From Gemmatimonadota bacterium (GTDB taxonomy: Bacteria > Gemmatimonadota > Gemmatimonadetes > Longimicrobiales > Gaopeijiaceae), in the NCBI GenBank assembly GCA_039589315.1, contig JBDHHQ010000015.1:63703-127702 (forward strand): a stretch of 64,000 bases of DNA, written 5' to 3'. Below the pieces are notes generated by a model. That model saw only the letters and a program-made list of their open reading frames with translations. It did not search any database and was not told the origin of the DNA. Below, piece by piece: positions 10,700-20,384 of the stretch. The position numbers and the translations under genes were made by a program. The stretch's first letter is position 1; every line of letters begins with the position of its first letter.

Positions 10700-12049
10700 T
10701 CATAGCACGCCCAGGCCCACGAGCAGGACGGCACCGACGGCGGCCGGAATGACCCATCTCACGAGCGGCCTCCACGAGGCGCTCACCCTGAACCGGCCGC
10801 TTCCTTCGTTGGTCTCGCTGCGGAAACGATCGAATCCCCAAATGAAGCTGGCGTAGAGGGCCATGAGGAAGGCGCCCGACGTCAGCAGATAGTTCCCGGA
10901 GAGCCCGTCGATGAAGGTGAACAGATCCTGGTCGGCCACCCGGAGGGAGCTCCGGGGGCCCTGCGAGAGGATGACGGGGATGGAGAGGAGCCACGCCCCG
11001 ACCGCGAGGGTCGTGGCTGCTCCCTTGCGAGTGAGGCCGAGCGAGTCCCGGAGCGTGCTGGTCAGCACCTCGAAAGCGGCGATGAGCGAGGTGAACCCGG
11101 CCACCATGAGCAGTGCGAAGAAGGCGAGGCCGAAGAGTCGCCCAGCCGGCATCTGATCGAACAAGGCCGTCATGGTCACGAACAGGAGGCTCGGTCCCGA
11201 ATCGGGCTGCATGCCGAACGCGAACAGCGCCGGGAAGATGACGAGGCCCGCGAGGAACGCCATACCCGTGTCGAACGCGACCACGGCGACCACGCTACCG
11301 GGTATGTCGCTGCTGCCGGGTGGCAGATAGCTCCCGAATCCGAACGCGGCCGCCATGCCGATGCCGATCGAGTAGAAGGCCTGGCCCAGGGCCGCCAGCG
11401 CCACCCGACCGTCGATGGCCGAGAAATCGGGAGTCAGGTACCACGCCACACCCCGCGCTGCCCCCGGTAGCGAGAGGGACCACGAGGCCAGCCCGACGAG
11501 CATCACGACGAGGACGGGCATCGCGATCTTCGCCAGGCGCTCCAGCCCCGCCTGGAGCCCTCTCCGCACGACGACCGTCATGGTCGCGACGACGGCGAAG
11601 GATACGAGGATCAGGGGCCACGGGCGTGCGGTGAAATCACCGAACACCGCCGCCGTCTCGGCCTGTGTGGACCCGAGAGGGCGCCCACTGCCGATGATCC
11701 CGGCGTACCCTACGATCCAGGCGAGCAGCATCAGGTAGTAGGACGTGATCAGCAGGATCGTGATCACGCCGAGCCAGCCGATCAGGTTCCAGGGGCTCCA
11801 GCGCCTGCCGGTGAGCCGTTCCATGCCCGCGATGGGACTCGCCTGCGCCTTGCGGCCCAGGCTCAGCTCGGTCGTCAGAAGAGGGACACCGATGACGACG
11901 GCGAAGACCAGGTAGAGCAGGAGGAACGCACCTCCGCCGTTCTGCCCCACGACGTAGGGGAAGCGCCAGATGTTGCCGAGGCCCACAGCATACCCGGCGG
12001 TGGCCAGGATGAAGCCGAGGCGGCTGCCCCAGCTCTCTCGCTGGGTCAC
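10700..12049 (-). CDS. Sodium-dependent transporter, NSS/SNF family
   Basis: WGSRLGFILATAGYAVGLGNIWRFPY signature; GTG 12049 overlaps the upstream TGA. Confidence 0.93.
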   Translation of the reverse strand: MTQRESWGSRLGFILATAGYAVGLGNIWRFPYVVGQNGGGAFLLLYLVFAVVIGVPLLTTELSLGRKAQASPIAGMERLTGRRWSPWNLIGWLGVITILLITSYYLMLLAWIVGYAGIIGSGRPLGSTQAETAAVFGDFTARPWPLILVSFAVVATMTVVVRRGLQAGLERLAKIAMPVLVVMLVGLASWSLSLPGAARGVAWYLTPDFSAIDGRVALAALGQAFYSIGIGMAAAFGFGSYLPPGSSDIPGSVVAVVAFDTGMAFLAGLVIFPALFAFGMQPDSGPSLLFVTMTALFDQMPAGRLFGLAFFALLMVAGFTSLIAAFEVLTSTLRDSLGLTRKGAATTLAVGAWLLSIPVILSQGPRSSLRVADQDLFTFIDGLSGNYLLTSGAFLMALYASFIWGFDRFRSETNEGSGRFRVSASWRPLVRWVIPAAVGAVLLVGLGVL

Positions 12050-12480
12050 CGGAGCCACTCGATTACGATCCGGCTCAGCAGAGACGGTCGATAGGGAAGC
12101 TCGTCGTCACCGGGCGGCTGGCCGTTCAGCTCCAGGATGTAAGCGAGCATATCCACGTACTCCCGCGTGAGCAGGCCCCCGGGATGGTCGTCGGGCATGG
12201 TGTTCCGGAGGAAGTCGTACAGGTTCCAGACGGGCTGTCCGTCCCACCACTCCACCACCTCTCCCCGGTACCAATCGACGGCATGGCACTCCGAGCAAAC
12301 CTGCTCGTACACGACCCGGCCGCGGGCCGCTTGCTCGGTGGTGTACACACCGTCCCTGGTGGAGCGCACCTGGCTCGTCGGGCCGTCCTGGGCCCCCTCT
12401 TGGCCGTGGGCGGGCGAAGGAGCCAACAGGCCGGCAACGCCCAGCACGAGGGCCGGAGCGACCGCCATGACGCGGTTCAC
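12046..12480 (-). CDS. Monoheme cytochrome c
   Basis: Signal peptide, GVYTTEQAARG, CSECH heme motif, TMP axial Met. Confidence 0.85.
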   Translation of the reverse strand: MNRVMAVAPALVLGVAGLLAPSPAHGQEGAQDGPTSQVRSTRDGVYTTEQAARGRVVYEQVCSECHAVDWYRGEVVEWWDGQPVWNLYDFLRNTMPDDHPGGLLTREYVDMLAYILELNGQPPGDDELPYRPSLLSRIVIEWLR

Positions 12481-12487
12481 GATCGCC

Positions 12488-14437
12488 TCACCGCGGGAGC
12501 GCCAGCGCCACCAGCTCAGCAGGATGACCGGGACCACCCACGGTCATCACGATGTACTGCCGGCCCTCGTGCATGTAGGATATCGGCAGGCCGATCTGCG
12601 CGGCCGGGAGCTCGAGCTCGGCGACCGTCTGACCCGTAGCCTTGTCCAAGGCGCGGAACACGGGATCGCCCAGGAACCCTTCGCCGGCGAACAGCAGCGA
12701 GCTCGTGACCAGGGTCAGGGCGCGAAGCGGCTTGCCCGCTCCCGACAGGTCCACCCCCTCGAGGGCGGGGTGGCTCCTCACATCCTCCTCCGCCCGACCG
12801 TTGGGTGCGACCCAGACGTGCTCGCCGGTGTTCAGATCGATGGCTGTGATCCGGCCCCACGGCGGCTTCACCAGTGGGATGCCGTCCTCCAGACGGGGGA
12901 AGCTGAAGCGCGCGACGTACCGGAGGTCGCTGAACTCCGGGTCCGCCACCAGAGACACGAGTAGCGGCTCGGTTGCGGACGCGACGTAGATGATGCCCGT
13001 CTCCACGTCCAACGAACCCGCCTCCCAACGGGCGCCGCCACTGGCTCCGGGCACTACGAGGCTCCCGATCGTCCCATCCGGCGCCCCCTGGAGAGACACG
13101 GGCTCGTACAGCCCGGTCAGCCGCACCCCGTCCACGGCCTCCAGCGCCATCCGACGCAGCTCCGGGGTCAGGTCGATGAGATCGTTCTCGCTGATGCCCT
13201 GGAGATCGAATGGCGCAGGCTTCGTAGGAAGGGGCTGCGTGGGCGACGTCCATTCGCCCGGCACGTCCGAGGGGGGGACGGGTCGCTCGACGATGGGCCA
13301 GATGGGTTGGCCGGTCGCCCGGTCGAAGACGTAGACGAACGCCTGTTTGGTGAGCTGAGCAACGACCTTACGGGATACCCCGTCCACCGTGACGTCGGCG
13401 AGTATGGGATGGGCGGCGATGTCGTAGTCCCAGATGTCGTGGTGGACGATCTGGTAGTGCCACGCGCGCTCCCCGGTGCCGGCGTCCAGCGCCACCAACG
13501 TGGACGAGAAGAGGTTGTTACCGGGCCGGTGCCCACCGTACGCGTCGCTCGTGCCGGCCTCCACGGGCACGTACACGAGCCCCAGCTCGGCATCCGCGGC
13601 CAGCGGTGCCCAAGCCCCGGCGTTCCCACTGTATTCCGCTGACCCCTCCAGCCACGTGTCGTAGCCCAGCTCGCCCCTCATGGGCACCGTGTGAAACGTC
13701 CACAGGAGCGAGCCGGTCCGGGCGTCGAACGCCCGGATGTCTCCCGGGACGTTGGCTCGGGAGTCGACCCGAAAGCCCACCTGGAGGGCCGGGCCCACGA
13801 CCACGGCATCGCCGATGACCAGAGGCGGAGAGCTGTTGCCGATCGCTCCCGGCTTCGGTTCCCCTTCCCGCCAACGCAAACCCTCGAACATGTCGACGAC
13901 GCCGTGCTCCCCGAAGCCCTCGACGGGCAGGCCGGTCCCGGCGTCCAGCGCCACGAGACGGAATCCGGGAGTCACGGTGAGGATCCGGCGATCCTCACCG
14001 TCTTCCCAGTATCCGAGCCCCCGCCCCGAATTCCGCCGAGGCGCCTTCTCCCAGCGCTCGCCTCCGTCCATCCGCCACATCCACAACGTCTCGCCGGTTC
14101 CGGCGTCGATAGCCACGACGGACCGCCGCGAGCCCGCGGTCGCATAGAGGACGCCGTCGACCATCAACGGCACGGTCTGGTTCTCGATCTCCGGGCTGGG
14201 CCCGAAGTTCCGGGCGCTCCATCGCCACGCGATCTCCAGCTCCTGGACGTTCGTCCGGTCGATCTGATCCAGCGCGCCGTACCGGGTGTTGCCGAGGTCG
14301 CCCCCGTAGGTGCGCCACTGTCCGCTCCGGACTCCCCCCTGTGCCGCGAGCGTCTGCGGCGTCACCACCAGGAAAGCCAGCACGCCGCTCCAAGCCCGAC
14401 GCACACGCTTCGGTCCATTCCCTGCGCTCAAGATCAC
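12488..14437 (-). CDS. PQQ-dependent (glucose/quinate-type) dehydrogenase
   Basis: WRTYGGDLGNTRY, PLMVDGVLY, WHYQIVHHDIWDYD, SPTQP, KPPWGRITAIDLNTG, PISYMHEGRQY. Start uncertain. Confidence 0.88.
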   Translation of the reverse strand: MILSAGNGPKRVRRAWSGVLAFLVVTPQTLAAQGGVRSGQWRTYGGDLGNTRYGALDQIDRTNVQELEIAWRWSARNFGPSPEIENQTVPLMVDGVLYATAGSRRSVVAIDAGTGETLWMWRMDGGERWEKAPRRNSGRGLGYWEDGEDRRILTVTPGFRLVALDAGTGLPVEGFGEHGVVDMFEGLRWREGEPKPGAIGNSSPPLVIGDAVVVGPALQVGFRVDSRANVPGDIRAFDARTGSLLWTFHTVPMRGELGYDTWLEGSAEYSGNAGAWAPLAADAELGLVYVPVEAGTSDAYGGHRPGNNLFSSTLVALDAGTGERAWHYQIVHHDIWDYDIAAHPILADVTVDGVSRKVVAQLTKQAFVYVFDRATGQPIWPIVERPVPPSDVPGEWTSPTQPLPTKPAPFDLQGISENDLIDLTPELRRMALEAVDGVRLTGLYEPVSLQGAPDGTIGSLVVPGASGGARWEAGSLDVETGIIYVASATEPLLVSLVADPEFSDLRYVARFSFPRLEDGIPLVKPPWGRITAIDLNTGEHVWVAPNGRAEEDVRSHPALEGVDLSGAGKPLRALTLVTSSLLFAGEGFLGDPVFRALDKATGQTVAELELPAAQIGLPISYMHEGRQYIVMTVGGPGHPAELVALALPR

Positions 14438-14567
14438 GTCCCCTGGGTCGTAGCGCGGATCACGCTGCGGGGTGAGCAAGAGCGGGTGCAGCAGACCGGA
14501 AGTCAAGCCGTGGCGCCTCCCCGTGGGCGGCTGATCGAGCGAGTTCCTTGCAGTTTGACGGGAGGTG

Positions 14568-14594
14568 TGAAGAATTTCCTGCCGACCTTCGTAA
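14568..14594 (+). promoter_or_regulatory. Candidate SigW-like ECF promoter TGAAGA-N16-CGTAA (possible autoregulation)
   Basis: Resembles TGAAAC-N16-CGTA; about 105 nt upstream of the ECF sigma gene. Confidence 0.4.
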
Positions 14595-14698
14595 CTCCAG
14601 CATCGAGCGGTGCCTGGGCGGCGAAAGCCGCGGGCGTCCCGCGAAGCCTCGTGCCGTTTCCGCGGTGGCGAGATGCTGGAATCGAGCGGGAGCCCGGG

Positions 14699-15265
14699 GT
14701 GCACCCTGATGTCGAGAGAGAGTTGATCTTGAAGTGCCAGGCCGGGAACTCGCAGTTCTACGAGCCGTTGGTGCGCGCCTATGAGGGGCCGGGCATGCGC
14801 ATGGCCGTAGGCATGATGGGCAACGTAGATGACGCGAAGGACGCTCTGCAGGAAGCATTCGTGAAGACCTATCGATCCCTGAGGCGCTTCGACCTGTCCC
14901 GGCCGTTCGGTCCGTGGTTCTTCCAGATCCTACGGAACCAGTGTAGGGACATGCTGCGTAGCCGAAGGGCGCGCTTCGACCGGGAGTCCCTCGACGAGCG
15001 GCTGGAGCTCAGGTCCGACGAGGGCACGTCCTCGCCCTCCCGGCGGAGGGAGCAATCCGAGGCCAAGGACCTTCTCTGGCAGGGCTTGGATCGGATCGGT
15101 GAGGAGCACAGGGAGATACTCGTCCTGAAGGAGCTTCAGGGCCTTCGTTATACGGAGATCGCAGGAGTTCTGGATATCCCGGAGGGAACCGTGGCGAGCC
15201 GGCTGTATCACGCGCGCCGCGCGCTGAGGGATGCGCTGGAAGCAATGGGCGCAAGGTATCCCTGA
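14699..15265 (+). CDS. ECF RNA polymerase sigma factor
   Basis: DAKDALQEAFVK, FGPWFFQILRNQCRD, YTEIAGVLDIPEGTVASRLYHARR. GTG 14699. Confidence 0.92.
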   Translation: MHPDVERELILKCQAGNSQFYEPLVRAYEGPGMRMAVGMMGNVDDAKDALQEAFVKTYRSLRRFDLSRPFGPWFFQILRNQCRDMLRSRRARFDRESLDERLELRSDEGTSSPSRRREQSEAKDLLWQGLDRIGEEHREILVLKELQGLRYTEIAGVLDIPEGTVASRLYHARRALRDALEAMGARYP

Positions 15266-15280
15266 CGGAGCGAACGAACC

Positions 15281-15706
15281 GTGCAGAGCCGAATCGACCA
15301 CAGCGACCTGATGCGCTACCTCGACGGTGAGCTCACGCCCGAGGAGCGGGAGCGAATCGAAGAGCAGATGGAGCGGTCTACCGAGCTCCAACGCGAGCTC
15401 GCGGTCTACCAGGCGATGAAGTCCGACCTTCAGAACCTCACGTTTGCACCTGTGCCCGTGGGCACCTCCGTGTGGTCGCAGGTGAATCGCCGCCTTGCGC
15501 GTCCTCTCGGGTGGGTCTTCCTCACTGTGGGCGTCGTGGCCTGGACCGGGTATGCAGCCTATCTGTTCGTCACGTCCTCGGCGGCGGTCGTCGAGAAGCT
15601 GGCGACCAGTGCCGTGGGCATCGGGATCATCCTGCTGCTGGCCACCGTGATCTTCGAGCGCTACCAGGAGTCGCTCACGGATCCCTACAGGGACGTGCAT
15701 CGATGA
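15281..15706 (+). CDS. Anti-sigma factor, ZAS-like N-terminus plus 2 TM
   Basis: LMRYLDGELTPEER directly after the ECF sigma; two hydrophobic helices. Confidence 0.78.
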   Translation: MQSRIDHSDLMRYLDGELTPEERERIEEQMERSTELQRELAVYQAMKSDLQNLTFAPVPVGTSVWSQVNRRLARPLGWVFLTVGVVAWTGYAAYLFVTSSAAVVEKLATSAVGIGIILLLATVIFERYQESLTDPYRDVHR

Positions 15707-16029
15707 TCGTCGTAACCGTACCGACCGTGCACGGGCACCGGATCGTCAAGACGTTGGGGCTGGTCCGGGGCAGCAGCATTCGCGCCCGGCACATTGGGAA
15801 GGACATCCTCGCCGTGCTTCGCAACGTGGCGGGCGGCGAGATACGCGAGTACACGAAGATGCTGGCCGAAGCACGCGAGCAGGCGGTGGACCGGATGCTG
15901 GACGAGGCCCACACCCTGGGTGCCGACGCCGTCGTGGGCGTGCGGTTCCAGACCTCGATGGTCATGTCCGGCGCGGCCGAGATGCTCAGCTACGGAACAG
16001 CCGTGAAGCTCGAGCCGGACACTCCCTGA
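15703..16029 (+). CDS. YbjQ/UPF0145 family protein
   Basis: LGLVRG, GGEIREYTKMLAEAREQA, GADAVVGVRF, YGTAV; ATGA overlap. Confidence 0.9.
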   Translation: MIVVTVPTVHGHRIVKTLGLVRGSSIRARHIGKDILAVLRNVAGGEIREYTKMLAEAREQAVDRMLDEAHTLGADAVVGVRFQTSMVMSGAAEMLSYGTAVKLEPDTP

Positions 16030-16171
16030 AGCCCACTCGGACTCGACCGCGATCAGGGCCGGCCGGGCTGTCCCGGTACCCGCCGCGTTTCGTCGTTCTT
16101 GCTGTCCGTGGGGCTTCGGCCGACTTTGGAGGCAGTCCCGGCCAGGCCCCCCCGGTGGAAGGACCAGCAGC

Positions 16172-17167
16172 GTGGCGATCCTTGCAGCCCTGCTTCCGGA
16201 CGCAGCTGCTGGCGCGCGCTTTGCGTCGGCGTTGGACGATCACCACCGCGTGATTCACGCTCCGAGCTGGAAGCAGTTGCTGCGGCTCGTGATGCGCCAC
16301 CCGGTAGACCTGTGCGTGCTGGACCTCTACGATCCCTTTCGGCCCGTGTCCTTCCAGCAGCTGCAGCGCCTGAGGCGCAAGCACCCCGACCTCGCCATCC
16401 TCGTCTACACGGACTTCACGGGACGCGAATCCGACCTCTTCGACCTCGGGCGGCTCCAGGTGCACGGCGTCCTCCAGGCGACCGGGCACGAGAGTCGGAG
16501 GCAGATCCAGGTGGCCGTTGACGGTGGGCTTGCCCGGGCCGTTGCCGCTCGGGTGGTCCAGACCCTCGAGGGTCGGCTGCCGCCGCTGGCTCTGGAGTGC
16601 ATCGGTTGGGCGATCGAGCATGCGGAGGAGCAGCCCCGCGTGGTCGACTTGGCCAGAGCCGTGAGCATGACACCACGCCTGTTGGCTCGGGACCTGCGCG
16701 CGCAGGACCTGCCCACCGCCTGCCGTCTGCTCTTGTGGGGGCGGCTCCTACAGGCGGCCCGCCTGCTCGAGTCGCCGGGTACCACGGTCGATCAGGTGGC
16801 GTTTCGCGTCGGCTACGCCACCGGAGGGGCGCTACGGCGTGCCTTGAATCGCCACTGCGGATGCCCTCCGGGAGAGCTCAAGCACCGGGGTGGATTGACG
16901 GCGGCGATGGAGGCGTTCATGGCCGAGCTGACTTGGATGGGCACTGCAGACCTGGAACCGCGGGCCAGGACCCTTCTGCGATCCCCGTTGTGGCTCAGCG
17001 ATTCGACTCGGGATGCCTCCGGGGATCCTCTCGCGGCGAGCCCAAAACCTCTCGCATCGCCCGGTATCCCTCCTCGAGGAAGTACCTCACGCTCTCGAAG
17101 TCGAAGACCCCGTAGCCGTCCAGTCGCGGGCGCACGAGTCGAAGAGGCGGACCGGACCAAGCCGTGA
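16172..17167 (+). CDS. AraC-type HTH regulator with receiver-like N-terminal domain
   Basis: VDLCVLDLY/AILVYT receiver-like strands; RLLQAARLLESPGTTVDQVAFRVGY AraC helix. 3' end overlaps the patatin gene. Confidence 0.78.
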   Translation: MAILAALLPDAAAGARFASALDDHHRVIHAPSWKQLLRLVMRHPVDLCVLDLYDPFRPVSFQQLQRLRRKHPDLAILVYTDFTGRESDLFDLGRLQVHGVLQATGHESRRQIQVAVDGGLARAVAARVVQTLEGRLPPLALECIGWAIEHAEEQPRVVDLARAVSMTPRLLARDLRAQDLPTACRLLLWGRLLQAARLLESPGTTVDQVAFRVGYATGGALRRALNRHCGCPPGELKHRGGLTAAMEAFMAELTWMGTADLEPRARTLLRSPLWLSDSTRDASGDPLAASPKPLASPGIPPRGSTSRSRSRRPRSRPVAGARVEEADRTKP

Positions 17168-17858
17168 TCTTCCGCCGGCGCCGCCGGCCGGACATGATCC
17201 CGAACACGCGTTGGTGCACGCCCACCATCCCCTGCTCGACCACGGCCGCTGGATCCTCTTTCCCTCCGGAACCCGTATCCACGGCGATGATTCCGGTCGC
17301 CCCCATGGCCGTCGCTCGCTCCAGGCCCAGCATGTCGACGACTCCGCCATCCACAAAGTAGTCGTCTCCGATCGGCACCGGGGGGTAGAGAACCGGCAGG
17401 GATGCGGATGCATGCACCGCGTCGAGGATCGAGGCATCGGTCCTCGCTCCCACACCGAACCATACCGACTCACCGGTCCTCAGGCTCACGGCGTTCACCT
17501 GACAGGGTAGGGACAGGTCCTGCCAGTCTCCGGTCGGTAGCACGCTGGAGATGTAATCCCGTAGCACGTCGCCTCGGAACACGGACTGCTGGCGGATCCC
17601 GTTCACCCAGACGACTCGACGGTTCACCCGCACGATGTCGATCTTTCGCAGGTCCAGCGCCGCGCGTTCGAGATCCTGCGAGGGCGCCCCTCCCGCAAAG
17701 CGGCACGCCAGGAGCGCACCGATGCTCGTCCCCACGAGGCCCGCCAGGCGAAAACGTGACTCCTCGAGGGCCCGCCACACGCCGACGTGGGCGAGGCCCT
17801 TCAACCCCCCACCGCCGAGGACGAGCCAAACGCGGTCACCGAGATGGCTGGACATCAC
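16995..17858 (-). CDS. Patatin-like phospholipase
   Basis: GGGGLKG, GTSIG nucleophile motif, DGG. Confidence 0.9.
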   Translation of the reverse strand: MMSSHLGDRVWLVLGGGGLKGLAHVGVWRALEESRFRLAGLVGTSIGALLACRFAGGAPSQDLERAALDLRKIDIVRVNRRVVWVNGIRQQSVFRGDVLRDYISSVLPTGDWQDLSLPCQVNAVSLRTGESVWFGVGARTDASILDAVHASASLPVLYPPVPIGDDYFVDGGVVDMLGLERATAMGATGIIAVDTGSGGKEDPAAVVEQGMVGVHQRVFGIMSGRRRRRKITAWSGPPLRLVRPRLDGYGVFDFESVRYFLEEGYRAMREVLGSPREDPRRHPESNR

Positions 17859-17972
17859 GTTGAAACCGCCTGCGAACTCCCGAGACTCCGCCCTCTACCC
17901 GCGGTCCGCGCCGGGTCTCGGGGCCGGACCGAGGCGACCCCTGAGGAAGGTCCGAACGCACCCCGAATCCTC

Positions 17973-18027
17973 TTGACCCGCGATGACCCGCTGTCTAGTT
18001 TCCAGTCGAAAAAGAGAATCATTCTTG
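17973..18027 (+). promoter_or_regulatory. Sigma70-type promoter (TTGACC-17-TAGTTT) and Fur/PerR-like box AGAGAAT-C-ATTCTTG upstream of sufC
   Basis: 17-nt spacer; palindrome AGAAT-C-ATTCT within 18013-18027 in an AT-rich patch. Confidence 0.5.
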
Positions 18028-18058
18028 ATAAGTAACCGTCACCAACGGGCCGAATGGG

Positions 18059-18835
18059 ATGAGCGACTCGCCAATTCTGAAGATCACCGAGCTTCGTGCC
18101 AAGGTCGCAGAGGAAGACCTCGAGATCCTGAAGGGCGTCGATCTGGAGCTGCACAGGGGAGAGATCCACGCCATCATGGGCCCCAACGGCTCCGGCAAGA
18201 GCACTCTCGCCAACGTCCTGGCCGGACACCCCGGCTATGAGGTCACGGCCGGAGCAGTGCTGTATCAGGGTCAGGACCTCTTGGAGCTCGAGCCTGACGA
18301 GCGGGCTCTCGAAGGGGTCTTCCTGGCGTTTCAATACCCTGTGGAGATCCCGGGTGTCTCCATCGCGAACTTCATGCGGACGGCCCTGCAGGCCCGCCTG
18401 GAGGAAGGAGAGGAGTTGGATCTCTTCGATTTCCAGGACGAGCTGCTCGATCGCATGAAGCTCCTGGACATGGAGCCCGCCTTCGCGGAGAGGCCCGTGA
18501 ACGACGGGTTCAGCGGCGGCGAGAAGAAGAGGAACGAGATCCTCCAGATGGCGGTCCTCCAGCCCGCCCTGGCCCTCATGGACGAGACCGACTCCGGATT
18601 GGATATCGACGCCCTCCAGATCGTGGCCCACGGCGTGAATACGCTGCGGGAGGAGCACCCCGAGATGACGGTGCTGCTCATCACCCACTATCAGCGTCTT
18701 CTCAACTACATCGAGCCGGACTTCGTACACGTCATGGTGGATGGCCGAATCGTGCGCTCGGGCGGCCCCGACGTGGCCCTCGAGCTGGAAGAGGGCGGAT
18801 ACGATGTGTACCGAGAAGAGCCTGCACCGGTCTGA
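18059..18835 (+). CDS. sufC: Fe-S assembly ATPase SufC
   Basis: [45 protein letters not shown]. Confidence 0.97.
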   Translation: MSDSPILKITELRAKVAEEDLEILKGVDLELHRGEIHAIMGPNGSGKSTLANVLAGHPGYEVTAGAVLYQGQDLLELEPDERALEGVFLAFQYPVEIPGVSIANFMRTALQARLEEGEELDLFDFQDELLDRMKLLDMEPAFAERPVNDGFSGGEKKRNEILQMAVLQPALALMDETDSGLDIDALQIVAHGVNTLREEHPEMTVLLITHYQRLLNYIEPDFVHVMVDGRIVRSGGPDVALELEEGGYDVYREEPAPV

Positions 18836-18889
18836 GACGAGGCCCGACCCTCCGTGACCGAGACCCGGTAGCCAACCAGGAGTCCCACC

Positions 18890-20305
18890 ATGCCCAAGAA
18901 CGAGCTCGTCGAAGGTCTCGAGCTAGACGACTACAAGTACGATTTCGTCGACGACGTCAAGCCCGTCTTCCGAACGCGCAAGGGCCTGGACGAACAGATC
19001 GTGCGGGACATTCACGCCCACAAGGAAGAGCCCGAGTGGATGCTCGAGTTCCGCCTGAAGGCGTTGAAGATCTACGAGGCAAAGCCCATGCCTCGGTGGG
19101 GTGCCGATCTGAGCGACCTGCAGGCGGTCCTGGAAGAGATCTACTACTACGTCAAGCCCCAGGATCAGATGGAGCATTCCTGGGACGACGTCCCCGAGAA
19201 CATCAAGCGGACCTTCGAGAAGCTGGGAATCCCGGAAGCCGAGCAAAAGGTGCTGGCCGGCGTGGGCGCTCAGTACGAGTCGGAGATGGTGTACCACTCC
19301 TTGAAGGAGGAGTGGGAGTCCCAGGGCGTGATCTTCGACTCGATCGAAGATGGCCTCAGGAACCATCCCGAGCTGTTCCGGAAGTACTTCTCGACGGTGG
19401 TGCCCATCGCGGACAACAAGTTCAGCGCCCTGAACTCGGCGGTCTGGTCCGGCGGCTCATTCGTCTACATTCCGAAGGGCGTTGAGCTCGGAACGCCGCT
19501 GCAGGCCTACTTCCGGGTCAACCAGGAGCGCATGGGCCAGTTCGAGCGCACGCTCATCATCGCCGACGAGGGCTCGCGCGCTCATTACATCGAGGGCTGC
19601 ACGGCTCCGGTCTACTCCACCGAGTCATTCCACTCGGGCGTCATCGAGATCGTGGTGGGTCGCGGCGCGCACTTCCGCTACACGACCATCCAGAACTGGT
19701 CAAACAACATGTACAACCTCGTGACCCAACGCGCGCTGGTGAACGAGGGCGCCACCATGGAGTGGCTCGACGGCAACCTGGGTTCCAAGGCCACCATGAA
19801 GTACCCGTCGTGCTACCTGGTGGGCGAGCGAGCGCACGGCAACATCTTGTCGATTGCCTACGCGGGAGACGGACAGCATCAGGATACCGGCGGCAAAGTC
19901 GTACACGCCGCTCCGCACACCACGTCGTCCATCGTCTCCAAGTCGATCTCGAAGGGCACGGGACGGTCGTCCTATCGGGGCCTCTGCAAGGTGTACGAGG
20001 GTGCCACCGGCGCGAAGTCGAACGTTGAATGTGACGCACTCCTCATCAGCGACACCTCGCGCACGGACACGTACCCCTACATCGAGATCGAGGAGAACGA
20101 CGCCAACGTCGGCCACGAGGCCACGGTGTCGAAGATCGGCGACGAGCAGCTCTTCTATCTGATGAGCAGGGGGATGAGCCAGGAGGAGGCCATGGCGCTG
20201 ATCGTCCGCGGCTTCATCGAGCCGATCGCCAAGCAGCTGCCCCTCGAGTACGCGGTGGAGTTGAACAGGCTGATAGAGCTGGAGATGGAAGGCTCTGTGG
20301 GATAG
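18890..20305 (+). CDS. sufB: Fe-S assembly scaffold SufB
   Basis: [47 protein letters not shown]. Confidence 0.97.
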   Translation: MPKNELVEGLELDDYKYDFVDDVKPVFRTRKGLDEQIVRDIHAHKEEPEWMLEFRLKALKIYEAKPMPRWGADLSDLQAVLEEIYYYVKPQDQMEHSWDDVPENIKRTFEKLGIPEAEQKVLAGVGAQYESEMVYHSLKEEWESQGVIFDSIEDGLRNHPELFRKYFSTVVPIADNKFSALNSAVWSGGSFVYIPKGVELGTPLQAYFRVNQERMGQFERTLIIADEGSRAHYIEGCTAPVYSTESFHSGVIEIVVGRGAHFRYTTIQNWSNNMYNLVTQRALVNEGATMEWLDGNLGSKATMKYPSCYLVGERAHGNILSIAYAGDGQHQDTGGKVVHAAPHTTSSIVSKSISKGTGRSSYRGLCKVYEGATGAKSNVECDALLISDTSRTDTYPYIEIEENDANVGHEATVSKIGDEQLFYLMSRGMSQEEAMALIVRGFIEPIAKQLPLEYAVELNRLIELEMEGSVG

Positions 20306-20384
20306 GGCGCGATTCAAACCACGAAGAACGGGATAGATGCACTGGGCGCGTGCTGGCAGCACTGAAAACGGAACGTTTCGATAC

